From: a virus | Taxonomy: Duplodnaviria > Caudoviricetes | IMG/VR virus record: IMGVR_UViG_3300037761_000327 | Span: 9,660 to 73,659 of that record | Direction: 5' to 3' (one strand) | Length of the DNA: 64,000 nt | Shown here: positions 20,459 to 30,251 of the stretch, piece by piece | Numbering within the stretch: the stretch's first letter is position 1 | Layout: each line of letters opens with the position of its first letter | The notes under the pieces: generated by a model | Told to the model about the DNA's origin: nothing | Databases searched by the model: none | The model's input: the letters and a program-made list of their open reading frames with translations, nothing else | Program-made: the position numbers and the translations under genes

Positions 20459-23400
20459 ATGGAAGAAGAATTTGACGAATTTGGAATACCGATAAAAAAA
20501 GAATCCGCTACAGTACAACAAACTGAGGTGGACGAGTTCGGAATACCCGTAAAAAAAAAAGAAGCTACGGTATCAGTTTCCCCTTCCGTGGAGGCTGGTT
20601 CTGCATCGGTTGGTTCAGACATTGAGCCGACACCTTCTCCCGTACCCACTATTTCCGATATACCGGACCAGCCCGTAGACGAGCCTATAGCTGCATTATA
20701 CGAGAGTTATAAGGGGGCCGGCAAAATAAAACCTGCACAGCAACAGATAATAGAAGCAAAAATCAGGGCCCAAGAAAAAGGCGACAGAGGTTTTTGGGAG
20801 ACCGCTATTGCCTTAACGGAAGGCTATTTCAAGACGGGCATGGCCATACCTATGTTCCAGTATGATAACAAAGAGGACCTTCTCGCCAAAAGGGAATTAA
20901 AGAACAAAGTAGACTTTTTATCGGAATTGCCCGAGGAAACATTATTGGAGCTCAAATCTTACGCTGGCGAAAAGATAGCCGACTTGGAGAGCTCGAATCT
21001 GAACGTGTTGGCCGAGAACAAGATAATGGAGGAGGGGAGCAAGCAGCTTGTAAACGAGCTCAAGTACCAGACACAGGCCATCCAACAGCTACGGGAATCC
21101 GGGCAGGACGTACCTGAGGAAGGTATAAAGGCTTACGAGGACAACAGGCTCGAACTCCAATCCCTTGCGGCTACCTATAATAATAACGTAGACTCCTTAG
21201 AGAACAACAACGAGGATATAGGGGACTTCTACGAAGAGGTAAATCTGTTAAAGAAAAATTACGGGGGACTAGACTATTACAAGGACATGGCAAGGCTTAC
21301 CTCTGCGGGAATGATGGCAGGGGCGGCAGAGTTTGCCCTATCCACAAGGGATATGGTAAGCGACCACCCCTTGGCGTTCCAACCTTTTGGTGCACCTTTT
21401 GAAAAAGAGGATGTTGCCGAGTTCAGGGCGGAAGTGGACAGTCAACAGGAGTACCTAAGACCTCAAATGTCGGTATCCGATATCGAAGGTATGGGGGATT
21501 TCGGTGCGTGGCTCGGAGAGCAGGTAGCTACACAATTGCCGGTCATTACCGTATTGGCGGCCTCCGGTGGGACCGTGGGCCTAGGTGCACTCGGAGTAAG
21601 TGCCGCAGGCCAGAAGATAGGGGAATTGGAGGACAGGAGAGCTGACGCAAAACAGACCATAGAGAGTATGAACTCGTTATTGTCGTCCGGACAGGAGTTC
21701 ACGGAAGAGGAGCTTGAAGATATAGACGGGGCCATTTCAGAGGCAACCAGACTATCGGACCTATCGGATGATGAGATGTACCTTGCCGGTCTTGGCACAG
21801 GTGCTCTGGAAGTACTCACTGAAAGGGTAACGTTGGGAATATTATCAAAAGGTAAGAGAGCTTTTCTCGCGGCAAAAAATGCCGGGGGAGCGCCTTTTAA
21901 GGAGTTCGGTAAAGGTGTGGGCAGGTCCGTAACAGCAGGTATGAGTGAAGGGGGGGCCGAATTTGTAAACCAAATAGGACAGAATACGATAGACATACTT
22001 TACCTCAACGACCCCGACGTGCACATTTTCGACGGTGCCGTAGATGCCCTTGCGTCCGGCTCTGCCCTAGGTTTCGGTATGAGGTTCTCGCCCATGGTTA
22101 TGGGAATGGGCTCAAAAGCTTTTATGCCAAAAGAGTCCACTACAAAGATAAAAGCGGATACGAAAAAAATATCCGACCTTATAGAAGAGGCGGAGTCCAA
22201 TGAGCAACTTGATAGCGAGACAAAAAAACAGATAAACAATAAAATAAAGACCCTTAAAGAAGAGGTCTCAAAAGGTATGAAGAAAACGTTTGACGACGTT
22301 TCAAAAATGCCTAAAGAGAATATTTCCGAACTTATCGAATTGGATAAAAAAGCCAATAAGATTGCCAAGAGGGTTCAGGAGCTACAAAGTAGCAACGTAA
22401 ATAAGGAACTAAAGGCCGAGTTCATCTTGGACCTTAAGAGGGATATAGATGCCATAGCTGCAAGGAAGAAAGAGTTATTAGATAGCAAAGAAGGAAAAAG
22501 CCTAGAGGAGATTGTTGATAGCCCACTAAAAAAAGAGCTTAAGGGTATTGGGGCGACCCAAAAAATTATAGACGCAATCCCGGACGACACCGTCTTAAGA
22601 GAGGGATTCTTAGCGGACACTTCCAGCCTTAGTCAAACTTTAGAAAGTGTATTTATGGGACTGGCCGGAAATTACTCGCAGAGCGAAAACACTGTTAGGG
22701 TAGGTAAATTTTATTCTTCCCTCGCGGGGGGAAGGGACCGAATTCTTTTGCACGAAGCTGTACACGCAGCTACCGTGTCCACTATGAGGGACGTAAGCAG
22801 GAATCCAGACTCTTATGCTCAACAGCAAGTAGAGTCTGTAAGGGAGTTAAGTCAAATAGCCGGAGAATATATGATGTCCACAAGCTCTTTATCTAAGATG
22901 CTTGACCCAAGGGTGTATGGCACATTAGATAGATACGAGTTCGTGTCAGAATTTTTGACCAATAAGAAGTTCAGGGAGTGGGTAGGGAAGAATGACCCCA
23001 GAAAAGATATGGACAGCGTAACAGGGACCCCAAAAGAAAAGAGTACCATTAAACATATTTGGTCCAGAATATTAGAAGCTTTAGGAATGTCTAAAAAAGA
23101 TATAGACCAGTCGATAATAGATTATGTGGAAGTTCTTATAGACAAAACACTTGATATTAGTATACAAAGAAATGGGATTAAACAAAAGAGTAAAGGAGAA
23201 AGTTCGGGAGCGAACGCCGGAATCTTCGAAGGAAGTACGGGAACAGTTGAAGAGGGACAGGATAGCGGCCAATCTACGGTTACTGATAGACCTAGGGTAA
23301 AGCTCTCCAAGCAGTCCAAGGGCATCTACATGGACACTATTAATGACTATACCGTAAACAAAACTGATAGTGGTAAATGGCAGGTACGTACGGCCCCCGA

Positions 23401-25993
23401 CTCCAAGAACAATAACGAGGGTACGGTCCTTACGGAAGTAGCTACTCTTAAGGAGGCCACGGCCTACCTACAGGAGCAGACGGATAAGAGGGCGGAACTA
23501 CTGGAGAGTGCTCAAAGGGAAGCCGATTCCGGCAACCTTTTCGATAATAAAGAAGGAAAGTCGGAATTTAACTGGCGTAAGTTATTGTCCGGAGTTCCGG
23601 TAGTGTCCTATGTTGACGAAATTACTTTTTCCAGAATGGCAAAGGTTATAGAGGATAAGATTTCGTACTACGGGAACAAGGCCTTCTTAGGTCAGTATAA
23701 TATCAAAAGGGACGACTCCTCTCCCTCCAATCTGAACCAGAGGGAGGCGAAAGCCTTAAAGAATTTTGGTATTGAAGTAGTAAACTCTTTAGTGGTTGGG
23801 TCGGCCAATGTGGCCAACAGTTTTTATAAAGGCTATCTAAGAACAGATTCTGAAATAGCATCGAGCAGAAAGGTAGAGGGGTATCAAAAAAGGACTTTAA
23901 CGGATGCCAAGTCACTTACTCTTAAATTGGGGATGATGATAGACTCCGACCCTGCCTCCGCTAAGAGGGTCCACCAAGCCTTAGACCCGGAGATATACGA
24001 CGAGACTGTAAGGTACGAAGACCTGACGGAGGGAGAGAAGACTTTATATGACTCACTAAGGGCGATAAATCAGGCTACCCACGAGCTTAATTATAAGAAC
24101 GGGTTCATCTCTAAAGAGACTTTCGATAAATATGACGGAAAGTATATAGGGAGGGGGTACGAGGTGTACGAGGATGGACTGTCTTCTACTGATAGAGAGA
24201 TAGCGGTGAGCTCTAAATTCTTCGGTGACATATATAAACAAAGGCAGGAGATAAACCAGTGGCTTATGGACAACACTGTAAGCGACCCGATATACCTGAC
24301 CATGAACAGAATGGTACGTAGCCAGAGGAATGTAATAGTTAAGGACTACTCTAATTTCGTATCAAAGAAGTACGGCGTAAGGCAGAAGCCTGAAAGCGGG
24401 GTCTACACCCAACTTAACGGAAAATCTTACGGGGACCTTAATGGTAAATGGATACCTAGTAATGTGGCCGAAGACTTTAAGGGCTATTTCTTCAACAACT
24501 CTATATTGGATTCGGTCTATCAAGGACTTAATATCTATAACCAAACATTGTACAAGCAGTTTATGAAGAGGTTTCATACAGTGTACTCACCTCTGGTTCA
24601 GGTCGGTAACTTTGTGTCTAACTTAGCCTTCTCCTACGCTGCCGGGGTAAACTTCGTACAATTGGGCAAAAACATAGGGCCGTCCTATACAGACCTTAAG
24701 AACAAGACAGGAGATTATCAAGCTGTCATGCAGGAGGGAATAATAGGGTCCAATGTATTAGAGAAGGACCTACAACTGTCCAAGGAGGCGAAAAGTAACC
24801 TGAGCATGTCTTCCCAAAGTAAGATAATGAAGTTGGACTCTTTTGCCAGAAGGGCATATTCGGCTTCGGATAACGTAATGAAATTAGCGGCATATAAATC
24901 TTTAAGGGAGGTTGGGTACAATCATGAAGAGTCTGTGCAAAGGGTGTACGAAGGCTTTCAGAATTATGCCTCTGTAGGTAAGGTATGGGACATATTCAGT
25001 AAAGTGCCTGTGTGGGGGAGCGACTATATAAAATTCCAAGGGGATTTGAACCGTATAGTAAAGAACGCCGTGACCAAAAGGCCATTGACATCTGCCACAT
25101 TCCTGTACTCCCTTAGCCTTGTTGCGGGGATACTTAGTAGACTGTCGGGAGAGAGTGAAGAAGAGAGGGCCATAAGGGAGGGAAGGCAGTATATACCTAA
25201 AATAAAAACATTTATAGGGGATTTTCCTTTGACATACAGGGCAGGAGATACGGAAGTGAACATGGCCAGATACATATCCCCATTGTACGAATATGATACC
25301 GGAAGTAAGCACTGGGCAGAAAGGGTGGCCAAATATTCCCCCATAAACCTTAACGTGGATGAGGCTACCGGCGCCATAAGGATAATTCCTTCCGATGTCG
25401 CCTTAGGCTCTATCTGGGCGGCGTTTATGGATAATAAAGATTTCCGTAACAAGATTATATCCGACCCAGACTATAACATATACACAGGCTCTACTGCCAG
25501 CGAAGGACAGAAGTTGTCCAATAGGGTATTGTACGTCCTTAGAAGTCAGGTACCGTTATTCTCTTTTGGAAACGACTTGGCCCTATCGGCGGCCTTCGGA
25601 GAGGACTATTATGGAAGAACAAAAGACCCTGCCCAAGTGCTGGCGTCCAGAATAGTAAAGATACAGACGTGGGACGACGATAGTACGAGGGACCAGATTG
25701 TGAGAAGTCTTAGTGGAATAGACTACAGGGCCAAGGCATTGAAGACCCAAAGGTCGGCCATTGGCAACAAGTACGATAAACGGGTATACGAACTTGAGGA
25801 TAAACTAAGGGATGGGAAAATAACCCAAGTCAAGTTCGATAACTCGGTCAAGAGTGCCGCGGAAGATTATGAGAAGAGGAGTGCCGCATTGGCGGAGAAG
25901 GAAGCATTATTGCAAGAGGAGTTTAATACCCTTGACGAGAATGTAAAATCGATAGGATTGAATTTTAAGTCCATACTCGACAAAGCGGATTAA
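20459..25993 (+). CDS. Large internal virion/ejection protein with zincin-like HExxH domain
   Basis: 1844 aa; Gly/Ala-rich membrane-like segments; ILLHEAVHAAT followed by YEFVSE. Confidence 0.7.
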   Translation: MEEEFDEFGIPIKKESATVQQTEVDEFGIPVKKKEATVSVSPSVEAGSASVGSDIEPTPSPVPTISDIPDQPVDEPIAALYESYKGAGKIKPAQQQIIEAKIRAQEKGDRGFWETAIALTEGYFKTGMAIPMFQYDNKEDLLAKRELKNKVDFLSELPEETLLELKSYAGEKIADLESSNLNVLAENKIMEEGSKQLVNELKYQTQAIQQLRESGQDVPEEGIKAYEDNRLELQSLAATYNNNVDSLENNNEDIGDFYEEVNLLKKNYGGLDYYKDMARLTSAGMMAGAAEFALSTRDMVSDHPLAFQPFGAPFEKEDVAEFRAEVDSQQEYLRPQMSVSDIEGMGDFGAWLGEQVATQLPVITVLAASGGTVGLGALGVSAAGQKIGELEDRRADAKQTIESMNSLLSSGQEFTEEELEDIDGAISEATRLSDLSDDEMYLAGLGTGALEVLTERVTLGILSKGKRAFLAAKNAGGAPFKEFGKGVGRSVTAGMSEGGAEFVNQIGQNTIDILYLNDPDVHIFDGAVDALASGSALGFGMRFSPMVMGMGSKAFMPKESTTKIKADTKKISDLIEEAESNEQLDSETKKQINNKIKTLKEEVSKGMKKTFDDVSKMPKENISELIELDKKANKIAKRVQELQSSNVNKELKAEFILDLKRDIDAIAARKKELLDSKEGKSLEEIVDSPLKKELKGIGATQKIIDAIPDDTVLREGFLADTSSLSQTLESVFMGLAGNYSQSENTVRVGKFYSSLAGGRDRILLHEAVHAATVSTMRDVSRNPDSYAQQQVESVRELSQIAGEYMMSTSSLSKMLDPRVYGTLDRYEFVSEFLTNKKFREWVGKNDPRKDMDSVTGTPKEKSTIKHIWSRILEALGMSKKDIDQSIIDYVEVLIDKTLDISIQRNGIKQKSKGESSGANAGIFEGSTGTVEEGQDSGQSTVTDRPRVKLSKQSKGIYMDTINDYTVNKTDSGKWQVRTAPDSKNNNEGTVLTEVATLKEATAYLQEQTDKRAELLESAQREADSGNLFDNKEGKSEFNWRKLLSGVPVVSYVDEITFSRMAKVIEDKISYYGNKAFLGQYNIKRDDSSPSNLNQREAKALKNFGIEVVNSLVVGSANVANSFYKGYLRTDSEIASSRKVEGYQKRTLTDAKSLTLKLGMMIDSDPASAKRVHQALDPEIYDETVRYEDLTEGEKTLYDSLRAINQATHELNYKNGFISKETFDKYDGKYIGRGYEVYEDGLSSTDREIAVSSKFFGDIYKQRQEINQWLMDNTVSDPIYLTMNRMVRSQRNVIVKDYSNFVSKKYGVRQKPESGVYTQLNGKSYGDLNGKWIPSNVAEDFKGYFFNNSILDSVYQGLNIYNQTLYKQFMKRFHTVYSPLVQVGNFVSNLAFSYAAGVNFVQLGKNIGPSYTDLKNKTGDYQAVMQEGIIGSNVLEKDLQLSKEAKSNLSMSSQSKIMKLDSFARRAYSASDNVMKLAAYKSLREVGYNHEESVQRVYEGFQNYASVGKVWDIFSKVPVWGSDYIKFQGDLNRIVKNAVTKRPLTSATFLYSLSLVAGILSRLSGESEEERAIREGRQYIPKIKTFIGDFPLTYRAGDTEVNMARYISPLYEYDTGSKHWAERVAKYSPINLNVDEATGAIRIIPSDVALGSIWAAFMDNKDFRNKIISDPDYNIYTGSTASEGQKLSNRVLYVLRSQVPLFSFGNDLALSAAFGEDYYGRTKDPAQVLASRIVKIQTWDDDSTRDQIVRSLSGIDYRAKALKTQRSAIGNKYDKRVYELEDKLRDGKITQVKFDNSVKSAAEDYEKRSAALAEKEALLQEEFNTLDENVKSIGLNFKSILDKAD

Positions 25994-25998
25994 AAATA

Positions 25999-26027
25999 AG
26001 AAAGCCCCGTAAAGGGGCTTCTTTTTT
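25999..26027. terminator. Bidirectional intrinsic terminator between convergent genome arms
   Basis: AAGAAAGCCCC-gtaaa-GGGGCTTCTTTTTT. Confidence 0.85.
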
Positions 26028-26039
26028 ATAGTTCTGTGT

Positions 26040-26417
26040 TTATCGTACCTGTAAATAAGACGTTATTTTTCCAAGTCCTTTTATCCTGTCTTGATACCTC
26101 TCTACCTTATACACTCCCGCTGCCGGGTCGTATATTTTTTTACCTTTATACACTACCCAGTGACTCCTACCATCGTTCCAACACACCTTAAGTATGCAAG
26201 GAAAGTCTACCCCCTCGTACTGCACCCCTATTTTAGTTTTGAACCTAGTCAGCTTTGTGCCTAGGGGGAGTTTTAAGGCAGCGACCAAATCTTTGGTAGA
26301 AGTGCATCCGGATTTTTTAATAAGTTTTATAGATTCCTCCAACGTTATCCCTAAAATCATGGCCACGCAAGATTGCCCACATAAGTTACTGCCCTTGGGT
26401 TGTCTTATAAATTCCAT
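26040..26417 (-). CDS. C39-like cysteine peptidase
   Basis: Q.....CGQSCVAM, HWVVY, IYDPA: Gln-Cys-His-Asp arrangement. Confidence 0.8.
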   Translation of the reverse strand: MEFIRQPKGSNLCGQSCVAMILGITLEESIKLIKKSGCTSTKDLVAALKLPLGTKLTRFKTKIGVQYEGVDFPCILKVCWNDGRSHWVVYKGKKIYDPAAGVYKVERYQDRIKGLGKITSYLQVR

Positions 26418-26423
26418 ACTTTT

Positions 26424-26645
26424 CTAATCTTTAAACCCTAACCCACCCAATATCCTATCCACCTTTTCGTCTATCACATTCTGCATCTCCCTGCAATATC
26501 CATACAGTTCGGCCTTCTCGAAGTCTTTTAAGTACTTCTTACAGTCGTTGATAATGAACTGGTGCGCCCACTCTTTGAACGAGGCCACGTTAGGGTGTGA
26601 TTTAATAAAGTTTTCTAGGTCTTGGATGGGTTCGTAGTCTTTCAT
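26424..26645 (-). CDS. Hypothetical protein
   Basis: Tightly packed minus-strand ORF. Confidence 0.6.
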   Translation of the reverse strand: MKDYEPIQDLENFIKSHPNVASFKEWAHQFIINDCKKYLKDFEKAELYGYCREMQNVIDEKVDRILGGLGFKD

Positions 26646-26655
26646 GTCATAATTT

Positions 26656-26943
26656 TTAAGGTAGTAGTGCCCATTCTAGGACTTGATTTTTACTTTTTTT
26701 AGCCGTAAGGCTTTGGAGCTGCCTATCGCTAAAATCGAAATAACATAGTCCGTATCCGCACCCTCTCCAAAATTCTGTATTATGCCTGCCGGAGTCTATG
26801 TCATCTTTTTTTCCTAGGTCGTGGGCTACGTCAGTCAAATACCCCTCTATAAGAAAAGGGCCTAATGTTCCCTTTTTATATTTTAAGAGGACTCTTTTAC
26901 GTAATTCCGGCTGTTCGGAGACATCTTTAAAATCTAGTGTCAT
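26656..26943 (-). CDS. Hypothetical protein
   Basis: ATGA overlap with the upstream gene. Confidence 0.6.
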   Translation of the reverse strand: MTLDFKDVSEQPELRKRVLLKYKKGTLGPFLIEGYLTDVAHDLGKKDDIDSGRHNTEFWRGCGYGLCYFDFSDRQLQSLTAKKSKNQVLEWALLP

Positions 26944-27617
26944 ACTTTTATCGAATTTAACAAATTAAACACCTTATAGGATGCCGTAATCTCTTTGGCC
27001 ACCTTAAGTATATTCTCCCTGACCCTAGCTACCGCCCCCGGACTGACGTCTTGGGGGATTACCTCAACCTTGTTGCCAAGCTTCAAAGGCTCTCCCCTAA
27101 AGGCGTTTCCGGTACGCTCTATAAGCTCTACCCAACCCATGGTCGGCAAGTGGCCCGTCTCCTGTTCTATGGCCCCGGCATAAATAGTGACTTGGTCATA
27201 TGCATCGTCTTCATATACGGCAACCTTGTTCATGTCACCTGTTTTATAGTCCACTATTTTAGTGACTACTTCTTTTGCGTCCGGACTTAGTCCGTCAAGT
27301 AATACGTCGTTCGTATCTATAAACCCTTTCACAAAGAAGTCTCCAAAGTCCCAAGCTATTTCCCTTTCAAACTGGTCTAGGCGGGTGATTCTGGACAGGA
27401 CCTCTACCTCTTGCTCGGTGAACCCGGAGAAATCGTTGTTCTCTAATGCTTCCCCTATCATGGAACCAAAGCTCGTATATGCATTGCCCTCAAACCTTTC
27501 GCCCAAGAAGTAGGACTTGATGTAGTCCTTCTTATCACTTTTCCACTTACTATACTGGCTATACGAAATATACGACTTTCCGTCCTTGTCTTTTTTAGGT
27601 AGTTCTATTTTACTCAT
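26940..27617 (-). CDS. PD-(D/E)xK (Cas4/RecB-like) exonuclease
   Basis: ISYSQY, FGSMIG, GFID, IVDYKTG, QVTIYA. Start reassigned to MSKIELP. Confidence 0.8.
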   Translation of the reverse strand: MSKIELPKKDKDGKSYISYSQYSKWKSDKKDYIKSYFLGERFEGNAYTSFGSMIGEALENNDFSGFTEQEVEVLSRITRLDQFEREIAWDFGDFFVKGFIDTNDVLLDGLSPDAKEVVTKIVDYKTGDMNKVAVYEDDAYDQVTIYAGAIEQETGHLPTMGWVELIERTGNAFRGEPLKLGNKVEVIPQDVSPGAVARVRENILKVAKEITASYKVFNLLNSIKV

Positions 27618-27798
27618 CTTTGGCATTAAATAGCGGTTTAAAATTACGTCTCTTCTCATTATCCGGATAGTCACTCACATCCTGCTCGACCTCGTAATAC
27701 CTTACCTCGGCCTTCCAGAGTTTGGTCTCCCCGTCCCACATTTCCACGTAGTACGGGAATTTACCCAGTTTGTCCTTCACTACTTTTACTCTACCCAT
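27610..27798 (-). CDS. Hypothetical protein
   Basis: Overlaps both neighbours by 8 nt. Confidence 0.55.
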   Translation of the reverse strand: MGRVKVVKDKLGKFPYYVEMWDGETKLWKAEVRYYEVEQDVSDYPDNEKRRNFKPLFNAKDE

Positions 27799-28687
27799 TA
27801 ATCAATTCTTTAATATCTTTTTTAGTAATCGACGTTTCTTTTCCTTTTGCCTTGCAGGGGAGCACGTTCAGGATTTCAATGGCCTTGGCCTTGTCGGTCT
27901 TGGTCATCTTGGAAATTGCCGTCTTTAATTGTTCCGCGATTTCCGCTGTGTACTCTCCACCAAGGAAGATATACTCTAGGATTCCTAAAGGCTCTTGTTC
28001 TACCGGCTCCGAAACTTCTATAGGCTCCTCCCCCCTTAGTACCCTCACTACGTTCACCACAGCTACGACGTCCCTTTCACAATACTTAACTATATCCTTA
28101 ATCTTTCCCTCATAATACAGCCTCCCGACATCTGAACCGTTGAACTCCTCTTTGGGAGACGGGAGTCCAAGTGCCGTAGTCACTGATACCAATGTAGATA
28201 CCTTGAATCCGGTACTTTTCCACAGAAGTGCCGTATCGAAATAAGGAACTGTCCAAGGCTTTTCGTGGGCCATATCAAATATTTGGTGCATCTCTACCCT
28301 ATTTATCAAACACCTTTTCATTATAAACGGCGCATCAAATCCGGTTATAACGTGCCCACAAAGCCAAGTCTTATTGTTGGCGAACTTGGAGACGGCCTGA
28401 TTAAATTCTTCCAACAGCTCTTTTTCATCCTCGTTGGAAAATGTTTTCAAAACAATCTTATCGTTCCTTACTGCCCCTATAGTAATACAGGCTATGCGTC
28501 CGAACTCTGCGTACAATGGCGCCTCCGTAAAGTAACTCCCTACTACGTCCTCTATGTCGTTCTTAATGCAGTAGTAGCTCCAAGCGTCGTACAAAGGAGT
28601 GTCTATAACAAGCTCCGGAACCGATGGGGCCGTTTCTATGTCTATGAAAAGAAAGTCCTCTAGGTTATATTTTTTTAATATTCTCAC
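27791..28687 (-). CDS. PolB-like 3'-5' exonuclease (DEDDy)
   Basis: FIDIETAP, GHVITGFDAPF, YCERDV. Confidence 0.85.
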   Translation of the reverse strand: MRILKKYNLEDFLFIDIETAPSVPELVIDTPLYDAWSYYCIKNDIEDVVGSYFTEAPLYAEFGRIACITIGAVRNDKIVLKTFSNEDEKELLEEFNQAVSKFANNKTWLCGHVITGFDAPFIMKRCLINRVEMHQIFDMAHEKPWTVPYFDTALLWKSTGFKVSTLVSVTTALGLPSPKEEFNGSDVGRLYYEGKIKDIVKYCERDVVAVVNVVRVLRGEEPIEVSEPVEQEPLGILEYIFLGGEYTAEIAEQLKTAISKMTKTDKAKAIEILNVLPCKAKGKETSITKKDIKELING

Positions 28688-29069
28688 CCTTCTTAAGTTT
28701 AAAATGTTTGGATATATTTTCTTTGTGCGATATTATCTGTAAGTTATCTTTCCTGTTGTTAGACTTATCCTCGTCTATGTGGTCTATTACTTTTTCTGTA
28801 GTCCCGTCAGTCTCGTGACCCATAAAATAATACGCCACTAGCTTATGTACATACTTTTTAGACTCTTTTCCGTCTTTATACAGGCTTATTTGGATGTGTC
28901 CGTACGTATCGGGAAATCCTTTTAACAACCTCTCCCTCTTTAGTATCTGGCCGTGAATAGGATTAGGAGCGAATCTTTTGAGGGACTTAACCTCTCCGAA
29001 ATCACTTATTTGGTACAGTCCCTCATAACCAAGTATGTCGCTCCAACTTTCTACAAGGAGGGTATTCAA
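28665..29069 (-). CDS. NUMOD4-HNH homing endonuclease
   Basis: W.DI.GYEGLYQISDFGEVKS, VHKLVA, IDHIDEDKSNN...NL. Confidence 0.9.
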   Translation of the reverse strand: MNTLLVESWSDILGYEGLYQISDFGEVKSLKRFAPNPIHGQILKRERLLKGFPDTYGHIQISLYKDGKESKKYVHKLVAYYFMGHETDGTTEKVIDHIDEDKSNNRKDNLQIISHKENISKHFKLKKGENIKKI

Positions 29070-29608
29070 GCTCCCCTAAGTTTAGCCCAAGTCTTCGAAC
29101 AATAGCTCACTTGGTGATAGCAATCTTGTAGTGCATTGTGTGCCGTCCCTTTAAAAGGCTCGTTCTTTTTTATTTCGGGGTAAAAATTACAAAGGGTCCT
29201 GACGCACATTTCGTTATAAAACTGCCAAGGCCTGCTTATTCCGACGGCGTCGTAGGCATTCCCTAAAAGGCCTAGGTCAAAAGATGCTGAATTGCCCCAA
29301 ACTTTATAACTGTTCGTATTTATAAAATCCGTAAAATTGATAAGGGCTTGGGGCAGGCTCAACTGGTTATCCTTTTTGAGCATATCGTTTTGCGCCTTTT
29401 TATCTTGGCCCAACCACCAGATAACCGTGGCGGGGTCTATTTTCAGACCGTGGTCTACGGAACTCTTTAGGTCCACATTGACCAAGAACTCCCTACCGGT
29501 CTCTCCGGTAGCCATGTCAAACTCTAAGGCCCCTATACTGGTTATGGCCGAAAAGGATTTGGTGCCCATTGTCTCTAGGTCCACCATTAAATTTTCAAAT
29601 CTTTTCAT
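29066..29608 (-). CDS. DEDDh 3'-5' exonuclease (RNase AS/DUF5051-like)
   Basis: MVDLETMG, WGNSASFD, HNALQDC. Confidence 0.85.
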   Translation of the reverse strand: MKRFENLMVDLETMGTKSFSAITSIGALEFDMATGETGREFLVNVDLKSSVDHGLKIDPATVIWWLGQDKKAQNDMLKKDNQLSLPQALINFTDFINTNSYKVWGNSASFDLGLLGNAYDAVGISRPWQFYNEMCVRTLCNFYPEIKKNEPFKGTAHNALQDCYHQVSYCSKTWAKLRGA

Positions 29609-29630
29609 TTAATTGTTTTAAATTAAATTC

Positions 29631-29909
29631 CTACACTGAACCAAACAGGCTCAACATCTTTACCCTGTCCAAAGCGTTCTCCTCACGTATCAACTGCTCT
29701 TGTCTCCTTCTTACCTTATCGGACCCGTGCTCCTTTATCCTCTTGACCACTTTTTCCATCACCTCTACCCTTTCTTCGTGCGAAAGATTGCCCCTATCCT
29801 TCCAAGAGAAGAATAGGAGGTCCTCTAACATGTTCTTTTCCTTGGTAACGTCCTGTATATCATACAGCCTCTTAAAGGCCTTTACTCTGTTGAACACTCC
29901 CATAATCAT
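29631..29909 (-). CDS. Hypothetical protein
   Basis: Coupled ORF in operon. Confidence 0.6.
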   Translation of the reverse strand: MIMGVFNRVKAFKRLYDIQDVTKEKNMLEDLLFFSWKDRGNLSHEERVEVMEKVVKRIKEHGSDKVRRRQEQLIREENALDRVKMLSLFGSV

Positions 29910-30250
29910 CGTTTATTACACTTGTCCAAGAAATCGTGACATTGTTCCACTACCCATCCCAATAAATAACACTGGGGCTCGTCGTTGACCACGTCCATTT
30001 TAATACAGCAGTTTGCCCAGATAAAACCTACACAATGTAGCGCTTCGTGGGCCACTACGCTAGGGGGAGAATCTTTGGTCAGGGCTACATAGTAGTGGTC
30101 ATATCCTTGTGAATCCTTCGTGGCAGTACAGAACGCCCCTCCATCAAAATTAGAATCCGGCTCTATCTTCTTTGCCTCCCCATTAAGGTCTTCCGACACT
30201 ATTATATGAAGGGTCCCGAAATAAATCGGGACCTTTATAGTCTTCTTCAT
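29906..30250 (-). CDS. Small HExxH zincin-like protein
   Basis: VVAHEALH...NDEPQCY. Confidence 0.6.
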   Translation of the reverse strand: MKKTIKVPIYFGTLHIIVSEDLNGEAKKIEPDSNFDGGAFCTATKDSQGYDHYYVALTKDSPPSVVAHEALHCVGFIWANCCIKMDVVNDEPQCYLLGWVVEQCHDFLDKCNKR

Positions 30251-30251
30251 A

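Noticed and set aside
20459-25993. Virion RNA polymerase
   Set aside because: No DxDGD/DFDID catalytic motif seen, and host-type promoters occur throughout.
26940-27617. Cas4 as part of a CRISPR system
   Set aside because: Stand-alone PD-(D/E)xK exonucleases are common in phage replication modules.
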